Assembly (NCBI GenBank): GCA_051313645.2
Contig: JBNRSN020000003.1
Location: 422,468,001 to 422,532,000 of the forward strand
DNA length: 64,000 nucleotides
Direction: 5' to 3'
Source of the DNA: Centroscyllium fabricii
Lineage: Eukaryota
The translations under genes were made by a program, and so were the position numbers. A model generated the notes under the pieces. It was not told where the DNA came from. It saw only the letters and a program-made list of their open reading frames with translations, and did no database searches. Below, piece after piece: positions 60,795 through 64,000 of this stretch (positions within the stretch are counted from its first letter, which is position 1; each line of letters opens with the position of its first letter).

Positions 60795-63304
60795 TAATAC
60801 AACATTTTTCTCTCTGCATTTTATTCGGAGCTTTTAGGGGGACTGTATATTCAACAAGTTAGCTTCCGTGAATAATATTTATCAGCTATCAGAAACCATG
60901 CTCTAGGTCCGGGACTACCTGTGAGCAATGCCATGGAAGATCTGTTAGTTTAAACTCCAGAATGGTAAAATAATTAAAATTAAAAAAAAATACATAGGGC
61001 CAGATGAGGTGTGACAATACGGAGCTGCTGTTGAAAAGTTAGGAAATTCAACCGTAGTGATTAATTCTCCAATTAAAATTTACAGGCCCAATTCAGTTAA
61101 TGTTTTACTCTTAAACTGCCATAACCTTAATCCCTGATAGGGGAAAATGACAGACAATCCCTCATAGAGAACAGTTTCTTGCTCAATAAGTTGTTACACT
61201 GTACCTGTTTAGCTGTTAAACCTAATGCCAAACAGCACAGCAAGTTCCAATATGTGCTGATTTGCCTTGAAAATAACCCGGCTGAAAAATCCCTATTCTG
61301 TTTTACTTCCTGCTTATTTCAGATACAGTTTGATGGATTCTGCAATTACTTTTTATAATGATTTTGTAATGTTCCAACAAACAGTGAATTGTCTACCAAA
61401 TAAAACAACATTTCTGGTAATTTTATGAGTTTATAATTAGCGCATTACTGTTTGACATAAAGGGACGTAGCCGTATTAGAAAAATGTATGGCAAAATACT
61501 TTTTTTAGTTCCCATTTTAACCATGTTTTATTCAAATAACGGTAGAGAATTCTACATGAGAATGTGGTAGTGGGATATTGTAACCTAGGGCTATATCATT
61601 TTATAAAACCATATCTATTATTTAGAATACATTAGATAGAAAAAATATTCCCTGTAGCCTCAACTTCAAAAGAGCGTATGTCTTTAATGTGCATTAGTGC
61701 TGTAGAAAGTCTATTAAAATAATGTAACCCGATTGGGTAGAGAGCAGGCGTTAATCCCCAATAGATGTTCTAAGAACTGAATTTAAATTTGAAAAATGAT
61801 ACTGTGAGTGTTCTTGAGGAACCGTGTCACTCAACTATCTACTAACGGCTGTAGTGCAGGAACGTGCAGGTTCTAATTACTAATGAGGACCTCAATCTAA
61901 TTAAAGCATAAGGCGATGCTCCTGACTATTGCCTCGTGTTGTAATTTGCTCGCAATTCCCTTTTCCAACATGGAGCCTGTGAGTTTCAATGCTTGAACCA
62001 AAGAATAGAATAGAAAACACAACGCTTGAATCAGCTGCCAAAGATTAATCGTACCAAAAAATCAAACTGATGTACATCTACTGGTGCACACATACTATGC
62101 GATTAACTCTGGTTATGGCCAGTACATGCGCAGACATTTGTTGCTGCTTGACCTGTTTTTGCATTAGTCTTCTGAATCCCTGCATGTCTAATTAGGACAC
62201 GAGAAAGACCTGGCCCACTTACTGTACCAAGAACTAGCCTGTGGGTATTTTTTAAGGGGCTTTCAGTAATACATTTGCATCTTTGCCTGGGGTCTGAATA
62301 AAGAATCACCTAAAGAAAATCCTAATAAACCATAATGAGGTTGCAATGGCTGGTAATGGTACTGTCCCATGCCACTGTTTGTGATCACTGAAGCTTGCCA
62401 GTGGTCTGTGGACCACCGTTGACTGGCTGTGAGCCCACTCGGGCGAAAGGTCACAGGAATAGGTGATAGACCTTGTTTACCAATTATCACATTTCCCAGT
62501 GGGCTGTCAGTTCAAATGACACTTTCCAGAAATGTCAGCATTTCAACAGGGCAGTGATTAATTTTGGTGTGCCTGATGAAATGTCTACAAGATGTTTGTT
62601 TCGGTTATCTTCTCCCGCTGCACTGTTTCACAACTGTCAGCCTCTTATACTTGACACTCTCAAACTCAAGACATGGGGAAGAAGCTACCCGATCTGACAG
62701 GGCCCTTGTGTGGAAAATGAGTATCTTTGTTTTTCCTTTTGCTCTTCTCAAAAGTGGATGATCAGGTCAAATGGTACAGAAGGTATACTCCTCTTCTCCT
62801 AGTATGTAAACCAAAGTTCAATATATGGAATATTTTAATTTGGAAAGCAGATGAAAAAATACATTTCTCCTGCAAACCAGTGGTGTTTTGCTCACAATAA
62901 GTGCTTTTCCAACAATGGGGCAGGTTGTGGAGTTAAAATCATTTTTTTGAAAAAAGCCTGCACGCGTGTTCATGTGTATGCAATTCTTTTAAATAGAACT
63001 TAAATAAAATGGAACTGTTTTGACTCTACAGTTCTCCCAGTGCTGGAGTAGCACTGTACTGACCGCCTGACCTCTGACATGTAGGGGGAGGGGAAGGCAA
63101 GGGACGGGGCCAATAAAACATGAATTAACCCCTAATTTAGGCGCTATTTGCAACTACAAATTACAGCTCGGTTAAATTGCCTTTGTCAGAAGGTTGTGAG
63201 TTCAAGCCTCACTCCAGAATTTGAATTCATAATCTAGGTTGACCGTCCATTTGCAGTGCTGCATCGTTATTTTACCACAGCTATAAATGTGAAAAGAAGT
63301 GCTT

Positions 63305-63923
63305 GTTCAAGTTCAAGTTTATTGTCACATGTACTAAGTACAATCTAGACAGTGAAATGCTTACTGCTACCCGAACGCACCGCGCAACAAGGACATTTAA
63401 ACTGCCCGGCACGCACGAGCCCACAAGACGTCAGCCATTCTCCGGCGCCATCATCGTGGGTCCCGTTCCTGCTCCGGCCTCTCAGTTCGATGTTAATTGT
63501 TCTCTACCGCTCCGTCAACTTGCTCTGCCACTGTTCCTTCCGATGTTTCTCTTGGCTTGACTCCTTTCAGCCCGACACCATGCCGGCTCCCCCGAATCTA
63601 CAGATCTCCGAACTTCAGGAGCAGCGTCCTGGGGCCTGGCTCTCGTCCAGGCGCCATCCCGGCTCCACCGAACTCCGGGCCTGGGGCCTAGTCCAGCCCC
63701 CTCTGGCTCACCCCGAGTGCCGGGCCTGAGGCCTGGGGCCTAGTCCAGCACCCTCCGGCTCCCTCTAAACTCCGGTCCTGAGGCCTGGGGCCTAGTCCAG
63801 CAACCTCCGGCTCCCTCTAAACTCCGGTCCGGAGGCCTGGGGCCTAGTCCAGCACCCTCTGGCTCCCTCTAAACTCCGGTCCGGAGGCCTGGGGCCTAGT
63901 CCAGCACCCTCCGGCTCCCCCCG
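63305..63923 (-). mobile_element. Probable non-autonomous retroposon with a (CTTGAA)n tail
   Basis: Minus strand ends GTGACAATAAACTTGAACTTGAAC. CpG-rich non-coding body. Confidence 0.5.
63677..63923. repeat. 52-bp minisatellite
   Basis: GAGGCCTGGGGCCTAGTCCAGC recurs at 63728, 63780, 63832 and 63884. Confidence 0.92.
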
Positions 63924-64000
63924 AATGTGAAGAATAATGTGTGTTTTACAGAAAAAAGAAAAGAAACTGCAAATGCTGGAACACTGAAATAAAATTAAAA

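Noticed and set aside
63962-64000. Start of another inverted Penelope-type end (AACTGCAAATGCTGGAACACTGAAATAAAA)
   Set aside because: Cut by the window edge and too short to support as a feature.

Overview
This is eukaryotic, repeat-dense, apparently intronic or intergenic DNA. I could not support any host protein-coding exon. The repeat inventory points to a cartilaginous fish, probably a shark (inference). It includes tRNA/V-domain SINEs with a CR1-type 3' tail (HE1/HER1-like), many CR1 and L2 LINE fragments, and Penelope-like elements with hammerhead-type motifs. Also present: a near-intact 5'-truncated CR1 (19817-22200); a young RTE-X-like LINE (50918-52697) inside a ~1.3 kb tandem duplication that keeps the empty site; PIF/Harbinger-like MITEs plus a decayed Harbinger transposase; TA-flanked pogo/Tigger-like MITEs; a hAT MITE with an 8-bp TSD; a Vingi-like LINE remnant; several minisatellites; and a 196-N gap. 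The most interesting signals are (i) Tigger-like MITEs with shared NRF1/YY1-motif arms but different internal cargo, some resembling captured promoter/first-exon DNA, and (ii) a perfect 99-bp-arm Penelope palindrome carrying a hammerhead-like motif on each strand. Family names come from recalled motifs, not database searches.
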